Part shown: positions 10,399-19,061 of the stretch, in pieces
How the letters are laid out: the number at the start of each line of letters is the position of its first letter
How positions within the stretch are numbered: the stretch's first letter is position 1
Source of the DNA: a virus
Direction: 5' to 3' (one strand)
DNA length: 64,000 nucleotides
IMG/VR virus record: IMGVR_UViG_3300021963_007890
Span: 1-64,000 of that record
The notes under the pieces: generated by a model
What the model saw: only the letters and a program-made list of their open reading frames with translations
Databases searched by the model: none
What the model was told of the DNA's origin: nothing
Position numbers and translations under genes: made by a program

Positions 10399-12304
10399 TA
10401 GCAAAGACCTTTTTTGACTGTGTCTTTTTTGATTCTACCCAGACACCGTTAGATTCAAATACATATCTAAAGTTTTTTATACCATCTACTTTATTCCTAT
10501 AACGGTCAATGAAGTAATATGAATTTTTTACAGAATAATTACCGTTGTCGTCAATTTTGAACCAAATATCAGTTTGATATTCAAAGTTATTTGGATTTAA
10601 TAGTGCTGAAGAAAAGTCTCTACTATCTATTTCTTTATTGAATGGAATTTTTATTTCAAAAGAGCCCATTACTCGCCATAACATTCTTAAAAATCCAAAT
10701 ACTTCGTTCATTACTGAATCTGCAAAATCGCCCTGTCCTGAATTAATAATTGAGTAATCAAAATCTTCATACTCTACGTGTTCATTAGGTTCGTTATTAC
10801 AGATTAATGAATAATGCTCTTTTATATCTCCCTGTATTCTGTAGACATTTTCAAATGTTCCTCCTGTATCTTTACAAATCTGACACCATATGTACAAAAG
10901 TTTGACTCTTATAAATCTATGAAGTTGAGTATTTTTAAAATCTAATGTATACCAGTGATCTGCCCACGGTTTATCTCTATGATTTATATTAAATTTTTCA
11001 CGATCATCGTAAGCAGACCCATAATCGTCTCCAAGCCCTGCGCCTGGAGCTACAGCTACTATTCGTTTCTTATGGTTCCATAGCATATTAAGAGTGTGAT
11101 TATATGCTTCAATATCTTCTCCCGGCGCCCCTATAACCATACAGGCACTAACCAACATACCTACTTTGGCAGAATCAATAATATTTTGATTTATGTCTGC
11201 TACGGTATTCTTTTTATTAACTGCTTTTAATACTTTATCACTGCCACTTTCAAACCCATAATTAGCACCTTGTAACCCTGCGGCCTTCATCAATTTGTAG
11301 AATTCTAAATCCATACGGCCGTCTGCTCTCATATATCCCCACCAACCAATTTTTAAATCTCTTTTGATTAGTTCTTCACAAAAACGACGGAATTCTTTTA
11401 GATTACCATTCATCAGACTGTCAACAAATTGAACAAAAGTAACTCCATAATGATTGACCTGATATTCTAACTCATCTACTACTGTTGTGGCACCTCTATC
11501 CCTATACTTCCAATAATATACTTCAGTACAGTAAGTACATTTGGCAATACAGCCTCTACTAAGTTCGGAACAAATAGTATTCTTACCTATATACTTTGTT
11601 AGGTCAAAATCACTATAATCTGGATATGGAAGACTATCGATATCTATTCTAGTATCACTATAAAGGCTTCCAATTTTCTTTTCAGTTGGTTTTATTCCCT
11701 GTTCCCAATTATTTAAAAAATCTATTAGATTTTGTTCGCTCTCTCCTACAAAATAATAGTCTGATTGATTCGGCGGCAATAACCAATGACATTCAGGGCC
11801 TCCTAGGATAATAGTTATATCTGGCCTAATTTTTTTTATCTCACCAATCATCCATATGGTTGGCACTATATTATTCCGATAGCAGCTGAATCCAATAATG
11901 TCTGGCTCATCAGATAAGATTTGATTCATATATTTTATTAAGAATGGTTCGTGTGTTGGATGTATTTTTGTAAAATAATCTTTTTTATCCCACCACCAGA
12001 AGTTTGCTCCGTTCCAGGCATCTTCTAAATCACTGTTAGCTGCCCTTAGGTCATAATAGGCCTGAATATTGAAATCATAAACTTTAGTTGTATATCCAGC
12101 AGACCTCGTCAATGATGATAGCCTTGCTAAATTATATACAGGCATGAATACGGCCCAACTGGCTAAAAGACACAAAGTCAATTTAGTTTTTCTTGTGGCT
12201 TCAAAAACCATAACAGATTTTACCCCTGTTCTTAATTTTCGATCGCGTGTAGGATTAACTTTAGGAAATATTTTTTCTGCTAGGTAAGTATCTCTATCTG
12301 ACAT
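10382..12304 (-). CDS. Cobalamin-binding (class B) radical SAM enzyme, probable methyltransferase
   Basis: B12-binding domain (PDIIGFSCY...IILGGPECH...VGESE), LPYPDYSDF, SRGCIAKCTYC, FVDSLMNG, GFESGSDKVLKAVNK. Confidence 0.88.
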   Translation of the reverse strand: MSDRDTYLAEKIFPKVNPTRDRKLRTGVKSVMVFEATRKTKLTLCLLASWAVFMPVYNLARLSSLTRSAGYTTKVYDFNIQAYYDLRAANSDLEDAWNGANFWWWDKKDYFTKIHPTHEPFLIKYMNQILSDEPDIIGFSCYRNNIVPTIWMIGEIKKIRPDITIILGGPECHWLLPPNQSDYYFVGESEQNLIDFLNNWEQGIKPTEKKIGSLYSDTRIDIDSLPYPDYSDFDLTKYIGKNTICSELSRGCIAKCTYCTEVYYWKYRDRGATTVVDELEYQVNHYGVTFVQFVDSLMNGNLKEFRRFCEELIKRDLKIGWWGYMRADGRMDLEFYKLMKAAGLQGANYGFESGSDKVLKAVNKKNTVADINQNIIDSAKVGMLVSACMVIGAPGEDIEAYNHTLNMLWNHKKRIVAVAPGAGLGDDYGSAYDDREKFNINHRDKPWADHWYTLDFKNTQLHRFIRVKLLYIWCQICKDTGGTFENVYRIQGDIKEHYSLICNNEPNEHVEYEDFDYSIINSGQGDFADSVMNEVFGFLRMLWRVMGSFEIKIPFNKEIDSRDFSSALLNPNNFEYQTDIWFKIDDNGNYSVKNSYYFIDRYRNKVDGIKNFRYVFESNGVWVESKKTQSKKVFAINPLS

Positions 12305-12314
12305 AGTTTCTCTT

Positions 12315-13451
12315 TTATTTTAATATAGGCATAAAGATTTTAGGAAATTGAACAACTTCGGGCAATGACAAAATTTCCTTGGCCCTTTCATAGTACGGAT
12401 TGTCTGGAATCCATACAGCCATATCATCAAATTCTTTTTGAGATGCTACGCCCCATTTTAATATGTTTACAATCGAAATCTCTGGTAATTTATCCGGATA
12501 ATTATATGCTAGTTTTACCAATTCAGGAATTGATTCGAGGTTATCTCTCTGTAAAATTACATTCCAAGCCCAATTTTTTTCAGGGTCCTGCTTTATAGTA
12601 TTATGATATAGATAATCTAAATTTTTCCATAGCAAATCCCAGTCTCCTCCTCGCCGCACGATTTCATAACTTGATTTATTTCCTGCATCAACACTTATTC
12701 TAGTCCAGGATGCTCTATCAAACAATACCTTGTATTTGTTTTGAATTTTTTCCGTCATCATTGTACCGTTAGTACATAAACACAAACGAAAGTTTGGCCA
12801 TTTCTCGGGAGTTTTAAATACTTCTGCTGTGTCGAATAATTCTCTATAGACAGGACTAAAAAATATTTCTCCAGCACCATCGAATGTTATTGTGATATGT
12901 TGATCGTGTGGTTCGCTAAACACAGAATCAAAAACCTTTCTTAATATGGTGAGAGAACGATCGAAGTTATCTGGTGTTATGGACTTAACTGATCGGCAAC
13001 TAGGGCATACTAAATTACAAGAATAATCAATTGAAAACACCACGTTGCTAGGAAATTTACTATTCGGTGCTTTGAATGTATCTTTAGGAAGAAGTTTATG
13101 GCCCTCTCCTGCTAACATCATTGTACAAGTTTTTGAATTACAATATCTATATGATCCGTCTGTAATTGAATTCCGAACGGTTTGTGCTTTTATTCCGGTC
13201 CAAATAGAAGTTAGATCTTCTTCTAACAGATTACCTATACAAGCAGGGTTCCACGAGGTACAACATATATAAACATTTCCATTGGCATGAACATCTATGT
13301 CATAAAACGGCATTTGGCATATATTCTTATTCTTATCAAATTTACACGAATCAGTCTTATCTTCGTAGATCTCGTAATAAAGTTTTCCTAATATTGGATC
13401 ATCGATCACAGTTTTCGGATACGACACCCTGGTTTCTGTTATTATTGACAT
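12315..13451 (-). CDS. Radical SAM enzyme 7 (N-terminal SPASM-like domain)
   Basis: CQMPF...HANGNVYICC...IGNL...YCNSKTC; CNLVCPSC; GAGEIF; CTNGT. Confidence 0.88.
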   Translation of the reverse strand: MSIITETRVSYPKTVIDDPILGKLYYEIYEDKTDSCKFDKNKNICQMPFYDIDVHANGNVYICCTSWNPACIGNLLEEDLTSIWTGIKAQTVRNSITDGSYRYCNSKTCTMMLAGEGHKLLPKDTFKAPNSKFPSNVVFSIDYSCNLVCPSCRSVKSITPDNFDRSLTILRKVFDSVFSEPHDQHITITFDGAGEIFFSPVYRELFDTAEVFKTPEKWPNFRLCLCTNGTMMTEKIQNKYKVLFDRASWTRISVDAGNKSSYEIVRRGGDWDLLWKNLDYLYHNTIKQDPEKNWAWNVILQRDNLESIPELVKLAYNYPDKLPEISIVNILKWGVASQKEFDDMAVWIPDNPYYERAKEILSLPEVVQFPKIFMPILK

Positions 13452-13453
13452 AA

Positions 13454-14680
13454 TTATTTAAAGACTAATTCACTGGCCATTCTTGGAACTATATTTCTGA
13501 TATTATTTCCTCTCACCGTTTCCATCATTTCTGTATATTCTACCCAATTATTATGTATAGCATCTCCTGAATACTCCTGCTGCAAAGTATGTAACACACT
13601 TGAGAACTCATCTGCATAGGGTAATTGGTTATAGTAATTATACAATTCTTGACGAGTGTTATCCGATAGAGTTTGTAATCCTAGAAATCTTGGATACTGA
13701 ACACAGTTGGTAAATCCAAGATGCCTCTTAACTTTATTGTATTTCTTTGAAAGTTCAATCACCCATTGTCGCATTTCGAGTAAGTTAAAAATATTGTAAT
13801 TCATTACCGAACATTGAAGATCGATATTAATGTTAGGCAACTCATTTAATTTGGCAATAACAGGTTCTAAATCTTCAAATTTAGCATCTCCATATCTGAT
13901 GTAGTTAAATAGTTCTCCGATACCATCCATTGATAAATTAAATGTAACTGATTTACACTTTTTAAAGGCGTCAAGAATTTCTTGGTTGATAAATGTTCCA
14001 TTACTTGATAATACGATTCTAATATTTTGAAGGATATCTATTCCATCAAGATAATTTAAAATCGTTAGCGTTTCAGAATTAAGTAATGGCTCGCCGCCTT
14101 TGAGATTGATTGTTCTTAAATAGGTCAAGTTTAACTGTTTAAGATTTTCTAAAATTAGATCTGGATTAGGTAGATGCATTTCTAATGTTCGATATTTCGA
14201 ATTGTCATAAGGCCCTCTGCTTACAGGATCCATGAAAGACATCCTCTGTTGCTTATCTTTGTCGTAGGTTAAAAATACTTTTTTGGCTTTCTTATTATCT
14301 ATCACCCATCTGCTACTAAATCCTGCGCTACAATGAAGACAAGCTAAATTACAGATATTGCTACCGTTAAATTCTAAATAGGTTAATTTTTCTTCGTCCC
14401 AGCCTGTGACATCAAATGTCCCATCAGTGTATAACTTCCTAACGCTCCATCCTGTCTTAGCTTCTCTTTCTTTACAACTTAAACAGGGCTTGGGCCATTG
14501 GTGATTATACATTTGTTCTTTTAACTTTTTCCACTCTGAACTATTGATAATGTTAATTAGACTTTCGTTTTTTAGGTTTCCAATATATTTCCCTTCAAAA
14601 GTACAGCAAGGGCGCACTCCTTTATTAGTATCAACTAATGCTGAAGTTAATGGAGCAGTACATAACACTTTGGTTATCAT
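13454..14680 (-). CDS. Radical SAM enzyme 8 (N-terminal twitch-like domain)
   Basis: CTAPL...RPCC...IGNL...CLSC; CNLACLHC; KGGEPL; SSNGT. Confidence 0.9.
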   Translation of the reverse strand: MITKVLCTAPLTSALVDTNKGVRPCCTFEGKYIGNLKNESLINIINSSEWKKLKEQMYNHQWPKPCLSCKEREAKTGWSVRKLYTDGTFDVTGWDEEKLTYLEFNGSNICNLACLHCSAGFSSRWVIDNKKAKKVFLTYDKDKQQRMSFMDPVSRGPYDNSKYRTLEMHLPNPDLILENLKQLNLTYLRTINLKGGEPLLNSETLTILNYLDGIDILQNIRIVLSSNGTFINQEILDAFKKCKSVTFNLSMDGIGELFNYIRYGDAKFEDLEPVIAKLNELPNINIDLQCSVMNYNIFNLLEMRQWVIELSKKYNKVKRHLGFTNCVQYPRFLGLQTLSDNTRQELYNYYNQLPYADEFSSVLHTLQQEYSGDAIHNNWVEYTEMMETVRGNNIRNIVPRMASELVFK

Positions 14681-15738
14681 TTTCTATCCCCGAAAAGTAT
14701 GTAATCTTCTTTGGTATAGCCATCCATAATTTCACTACCTGATCCTTGATGAGGAGCACTATTCTTATTATCTAAACCGCCTCTTATAGGAACTATGGCC
14801 CACGTACAATATTCAGTAAAAGCTGGTATATTCTTTAATTCTTCTTCGAGGCTTAGTGTTTCTTCACGATTATGTGGTGCCATCATAAACTTAACTTCTA
14901 GGTGGCCGATATTATGATTATCATTTAAAACTTTTTCTTCGGTAACAGCTCGTATGACCTCAACAAACTTTTGTCTATTATAAAATTCAAAATGAGCGCT
15001 AAGATTTAAATCTCCGTAGTGAATAATTTCTCTATAATAATCCGGTTTTCTGCTTCCATTGCTATGTAAGCTCACATGATGATTACAAGCATTAAGATAT
15101 CTTAGCCAATCTAAGAAATCTTTATTGGCAGTAGGTTCCCCACCGCTTATTATAAAATTGACTCTTTGGCCTTTTATAAATTTCTGTTCTATTAAATTAG
15201 TAGCTCTCATTAGGTCAGTTAAAGGCTTGTGCGGATCTGTATTATTATGTATCCATGGCCAACAATATGAACAATCATAATTACAACGACGTCCGATTTC
15301 CCAGTAAATTTGTTTTTGAGCACTAGCGTGAGTTCGCTCTATAGCAACAAATTCTACTAGATCATTATTCCTTAGATCCTTTTCTGTAGGTAAAGATTGA
15401 CCTTTTCTTAGCAAAGGTTTAAATTCAATCTTTTTTGTTTTAGGTATAAAAAGATCTGCTCCACAACTGCATACATTTCTAGTACAGTCAATCCAGTCAT
15501 CGGGAACTGTAAAATCTTCCCATACATTTCCTAACTTACCACCTACTCTACAGCTAGCAGTCCATACAATACCGTCCATGTCTATATATAGGCTGTCAAC
15601 TCCTGCTCCGCATTTCCAATCTTTAAGATAATTTAATTTGACACCGACTAATTCATCAGTGCTCCAATCACGCCACTCGCCCTTGCTTGAATAGGTTCTA
15701 ATTGGTTTACCGGGGGTGAAATCTAATTCCATTGACAT
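14677..15738 (-). CDS. Radical SAM enzyme 9 (SPASM-like domain before the rSAM core; domain-swapped relative of enzyme 1)
   Basis: N-terminal WKCGAGVDSLYIDMDG...SCRVGGKLGNV...CTRNVCSCGAD; then CNYDCSYC, SGGEPT, SNGSR, LSAHFEF. Confidence 0.9.
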   Translation of the reverse strand: MSMELDFTPGKPIRTYSSKGEWRDWSTDELVGVKLNYLKDWKCGAGVDSLYIDMDGIVWTASCRVGGKLGNVWEDFTVPDDWIDCTRNVCSCGADLFIPKTKKIEFKPLLRKGQSLPTEKDLRNNDLVEFVAIERTHASAQKQIYWEIGRRCNYDCSYCWPWIHNNTDPHKPLTDLMRATNLIEQKFIKGQRVNFIISGGEPTANKDFLDWLRYLNACNHHVSLHSNGSRKPDYYREIIHYGDLNLSAHFEFYNRQKFVEVIRAVTEEKVLNDNHNIGHLEVKFMMAPHNREETLSLEEELKNIPAFTEYCTWAIVPIRGGLDNKNSAPHQGSGSEIMDGYTKEDYILFGDRK

Positions 15739-15821
15739 TATAGTTTTCCATACATTGAATTTAAATCGTGTAGTTGAGGAAATATTTCCTCAAAGGTTAT
15801 TAAAATATTTAAACCATTCAT
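15738..15821 (-). other. 27-codon upstream ORF (MNGLNILITFEEIFPQLHDLNSMYGKL), stop overlapping the start of rSAM 9; gene remnant or leader peptide
   Basis: Translated by hand; TAATG overlap at 15736-15740; FEEIFPQL resembles the C-terminal F..xFPEL tail of neighbouring rSAMs. No clear SD. Confidence 0.35.
15774..15793. promoter_or_regulatory. Perfect 20-bp palindrome TTGAGGAAATATTTCCTCAA in the divergent intergenic region
   Basis: Sequence equals its own reverse complement; function unknown. Confidence 0.45.
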
Positions 15822-15850
15822 AGAATCTTTATTGTAGTATATCTGGTCAA

Positions 15851-15869
15851 TAAATATTGCTTTATTTAG
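15851..15869. promoter_or_regulatory. TAAATA late-promoter motifs on both strands (+ 15851-15856 toward the methyltransferase; - 15863-15868 toward the rSAM operon)
   Basis: TAAATA on + and TATTTA on + (TAAATA on -); the same motif precedes many structural genes in this window. Confidence 0.5.
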
Positions 15870-15882
15870 CGACCTATAATTT

Positions 15883-16431
15883 ATGAAAATTGATATTCTT
15901 AAGGATGCTTTTAGTAGTGGACAGGTTTCTAGTAAAATCTGGCTCTGTGAAGAACTAGAGAGGACACGTTGGACCAGTAATGAAACAGCAATATATGGTG
16001 GTTGGTATGCGATAACAGCATTTTTACTATTGAGCAGAGGTAAGTTTAAAGTCGATCGAATACGCAGTTACGATATTGATCCTACTTGTGAAACTATGGC
16101 AGACTTAATAAATGAAAATTGGGTATGGCGTGATTGGCAATTTAAAGCCCTCACAGAAGATTGTAATCTAATAAAAACAAAAGCAGATTTGGTCATTAAC
16201 ACTAGTACAGAACATTTTGATTCCAAACAATGGTTTCATAATATTGCAGATGGAACTAGGGTAATACTACAGGGAAATAATATGAAACATAGTGATCACG
16301 TTGTTTTAGGTAAGAATCTACAACAATTTTTAAACCATTATCCTTTGTCTAAAATTAGATATAGTGGGCAGCTTGATTTTCAATATCCTTCCTGGTCATT
16401 CACTAGGTTTATGGTGGTTGGCATAAAATAA
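15883..16431 (+). CDS. Class I SAM-dependent methyltransferase-like protein
   Basis: Motif I-like AIYGGWYA, acidic motif II IRSYDIDP, DLVINTSTEH. Confidence 0.75.
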   Translation: MKIDILKDAFSSGQVSSKIWLCEELERTRWTSNETAIYGGWYAITAFLLLSRGKFKVDRIRSYDIDPTCETMADLINENWVWRDWQFKALTEDCNLIKTKADLVINTSTEHFDSKQWFHNIADGTRVILQGNNMKHSDHVVLGKNLQQFLNHYPLSKIRYSGQLDFQYPSWSFTRFMVVGIK

Positions 16432-16520
16432 TTCAAAAAACTTGATTTTGCCCTAGTTTATTTGCTAATATAATCCTTTTGATATAAATTATCTTACCCT
16501 TAGAAAGAAAGGAGGTCAAT

Positions 16521-17093
16521 ATGACTGAAATTGCGATTGATAGGGAGGTTAAGAAATCTAGGTTGCCGATGATATTTGGTATATTTTTTTTAATGTTATT
16601 AGGCTGCTATTTCACTGCCAAAATGTTATTGTGGGCAGTTGATCATAGAATAGCCTCAGTACAAATAATTGAAAATACAGAAATAACCGCAGAGGTTAGA
16701 GAACGACAACTATCTTGCCTTGCTCGAAACATATATCACGAAGCAGGCAGCGAACCATTTGAAGGTAAAGTTGCTGTGGCTCAGGTCACAATTAATAGAG
16801 CCAACAGTGATGGAAAGTTTCCTGGAGATATCTGCAAAGTAGTATTTCAGAAAAACATTTTTTATGATAAGGTTCTGTGTCAATTCAGTTGGGTCTGCGA
16901 CAGGAACACTAATTTTAAACCTAAATTTCCATCTGTATACGATGAAAGTTATGAAGTTGCCAAAAAGGTGCTGCTAGAGGGTTTTAGATTACCCAGTCTC
17001 GTAGAGGCCCTTTATTTTCACGCCGATTATATTAATCCGGGGTGGAAGAGAGAACGGGTTGCCAAAATTGGTCGTCATATATTTTATAAGTAA
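16521..17093 (+). CDS. SleB-like cell wall hydrolase (Hydrolase_2) with N-terminal membrane segment
   Basis: CLARNIYHEAGSEPFEGKVAVAQVTINR, ICKVVFQ, QFSW, ALYFHADYINPGW, IGRHIFY; SD GGAGG. Confidence 0.9.
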   Translation: MTEIAIDREVKKSRLPMIFGIFFLMLLGCYFTAKMLLWAVDHRIASVQIIENTEITAEVRERQLSCLARNIYHEAGSEPFEGKVAVAQVTINRANSDGKFPGDICKVVFQKNIFYDKVLCQFSWVCDRNTNFKPKFPSVYDESYEVAKKVLLEGFRLPSLVEALYFHADYINPGWKRERVAKIGRHIFYK

Positions 17094-17102
17094 GGAACTA
17101 TT

Positions 17103-17435
17103 ATGAATCATGTTGAAAAAATTGCTGAATTTATTAGAAACATACCCTTATCAGTTTGGATATGGTTAAAAGAACATCTAGGACATATCAGCGCTCACAC
17201 CCTGGGTTGGTTGACCATTATACTGCTTCATCTTGCTAGTATTCCTACCTTGTTGGCAGTCTTGATGGCTCAGAACGATAAATTACCACCTGTTGACTTA
17301 ATGATCTTTGTATGGAGTGGATTAATTACACTGTTCTTTAAGAGTCTCATTGAACGAAACTTCTTATATATCGCCACCATCTGCTTGGGATTTTGTGCTC
17401 AAACTGTTATAATGAGTTTGATATTCTTCAAATAA
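17103..17435 (+). CDS. Small multi-pass membrane protein (holin-like candidate)
   Basis: 110 aa with ~3 hydrophobic segments, directly after the hydrolase. Confidence 0.5.
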   Translation: MNHVEKIAEFIRNIPLSVWIWLKEHLGHISAHTLGWLTIILLHLASIPTLLAVLMAQNDKLPPVDLMIFVWSGLITLFFKSLIERNFLYIATICLGFCAQTVIMSLIFFK

Positions 17436-17443
17436 ATAATTTG

Positions 17444-17689
17444 ATGCGTATAGAAGAGTTATTAGAAAAAATAGCAGCACCTACAGCCAGCCAATGTTCC
17501 GTTGGCAAAAGCCGTCTCAGCAATGTTCGTTACAGTCAATGTGTCAGTAGGGGTTTATTGAAGCACGACAGTGATCATACTGCTGGTACAGGGACACAGG
17601 GTAAAAAGGGAAGTGGCGTAAGAGTTAAGGGCAAAAAAATGCGTAGTGAAATACATGGTGGTCCTGTAAAAGACTATGATGGAAAGTAA
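17444..17689 (+). CDS. Small basic protein, probable internal head protein (start revised to MRIEELLE)
   Basis: ATG at 17444, 5 nt after TAAATA; N-terminal motif shared with other late proteins. Confidence 0.6.
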   Translation: MRIEELLEKIAAPTASQCSVGKSRLSNVRYSQCVSRGLLKHDSDHTAGTGTQGKKGSGVRVKGKKMRSEIHGGPVKDYDGK

Positions 17690-18033
17690 CCGCTCCAACT
17701 ACTAGTTTTGTTAATTAGCATTTCAAGTATTTCCTCGTGTTCGAGATTACGAAATTCTTGGCACACATTATATATTTTATCTAGACTGCTGTCTTCAAAT
17801 TCTTCAAGACCTATAATTTCAACAATTTCTTGAAAACTAATCAGTTCTTCTCTCATACTGCTGACCCAAATACAACTTATTAAACAGCACATTAGAACTC
17901 GCTTGTTTTCAAAGACACCGTTGTTTTCACACCATTCAACTGTGCGTTTGAGATAGTAATCCATATCCTCAATTCTGCTTTCTACGCTATGTATAAAATC
18001 TTTGGTATCATTTCTGGTCCAAGGGCTATACAT
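17674..18033 (-). CDS. Hypothetical protein (start revised to MYSPWTR)
   Basis: ATG at 18033 overlaps the end of iscA, consistent with an operon. Confidence 0.6.
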   Translation of the reverse strand: MYSPWTRNDTKDFIHSVESRIEDMDYYLKRTVEWCENNGVFENKRVLMCCLISCIWVSSMREELISFQEIVEIIGLEEFEDSSLDKIYNVCQEFRNLEHEEILEMLINKTSSWSGYFPS

Positions 18034-18343
18034 TGAAGCTTTCTCCACAACCACAGCGGTTCTTTTCTTGGGGGTTAATAAATTCAAAACCTTCGTTTAA
18101 TCCCTTTTTTTGATAATCTATAATGAGTCCAGCAAGGTAAGGTTGGTGTTTGGGATCAATGAATATCATTACTCCATGACTTTGGTATAATGCTAATGTT
18201 TCATCTAGATTATCAATATATTCTAACACATAGGCAAGACCACTACAGCCTGTGGTCTTAACTCCGATTTTAATACCTAGCCCTTTTCCTCGTTTGGTAA
18301 GATAAGACTGTATCTTTTCAGCGGCTAATTCAGTTACTTCCAT
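18026..18343 (-). CDS. iscA: A-type Fe-S carrier IscA
   Basis: GVKTTGCSGLAYVLEY, GLNEGFEFINP, CGCGESF. Confidence 0.93.
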   Translation of the reverse strand: MEVTELAAEKIQSYLTKRGKGLGIKIGVKTTGCSGLAYVLEYIDNLDETLALYQSHGVMIFIDPKHQPYLAGLIIDYQKKGLNEGFEFINPQEKNRCGCGESFNV

Positions 18344-18713
18344 GCTTGGTCTGATAGTCCTTTATTGCAGCCTTAATTGCATCTTCTGCTAGAATCGAAC
18401 AATGGATCTTGACTGGAGGTAAAGCAAGTTCTTCCGCAATGTGGGTATTTTTGATTTGTCCTGCTTGGTCAAGAGTTTTTCCTTTGACCCATTCTGTAAC
18501 CAATGAACTACTCGCAATAGCACTCCCGCAACCATAAGTCTTAAACTTAGCATCTGTGATAACTCCATCCTCTACTTTGATTTGCAATTTCATTACATCA
18601 CCACAGGCGGGTGCTCCCACCATACCTGTGCCTACGCCTTGATCTTTTTTATCAAAACTACCTACATTACGTGGGTTTTCGTAATGATCAATTACCTGTG
18701 CTGAATAACTCAT
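18330..18713 (-). CDS. iscU: Fe-S cluster scaffold IscU
   Basis: YSAQVIDHYENPRNVG, GAPACGDVMKLQI, FKTYGCGSAIASSS, LPPVKIHCS. Confidence 0.96.
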   Translation of the reverse strand: MSYSAQVIDHYENPRNVGSFDKKDQGVGTGMVGAPACGDVMKLQIKVEDGVITDAKFKTYGCGSAIASSSLVTEWVKGKTLDQAGQIKNTHIAEELALPPVKIHCSILAEDAIKAAIKDYQTKHGSN

Positions 18714-18715
18714 TA

Positions 18716-19030
18716 TTACCTCACTAAAACTTCTTGTTGAATGCCGTTTATGATCATAATTTGTCTAGTATAGACAACACCATCAATGACAATCTGATTT
18801 GAATGTAAAGGTTGTTGAATTATCACAGGTTGTTGAACTACAACAGGATCAGGACGAGTAGCAGCATAGACCACAGCACCGCCGATTAGAGCAGGTATTA
18901 CCCAATGATGAGCAGGGGGACTGTGCCAATGCCTATGACCATGTCCATAATGTCTATGACCATGATGATATGGATTAGCTATAGCAATACTACTGGTTGC
19001 TAGAGTTAAGGCTACAATTAAAGTTTTCAT
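18716..19030 (-). CDS. Exported His-rich protein (start revised to MKTLIVAL)
   Basis: Signal-peptide-like N-terminus, HHGHRHYGHGHRHWH...HH tract, hydrophobic WVIPALIGGAVVYAA. Confidence 0.65.
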   Translation of the reverse strand: MKTLIVALTLATSSIAIANPYHHGHRHYGHGHRHWHSPPAHHWVIPALIGGAVVYAATRPDPVVVQQPVIIQQPLHSNQIVIDGVVYTRQIMIINGIQQEVLVR

Positions 19031-19061
19031 TTGTATTTCCTTTTTTATATATAACGCCTTA

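Noticed and set aside
4392-15738. 7-deazaguanine (QueE), molybdopterin (MoaA) or anaerobic RNR activase (NrdG) assignments for the rSAMs
   Set aside because: No partner genes (queC/queD/folE/dpdA, moaC, nrdD) in the window, and the domain layouts with N-terminal auxiliary Cys domains do not match those enzymes.
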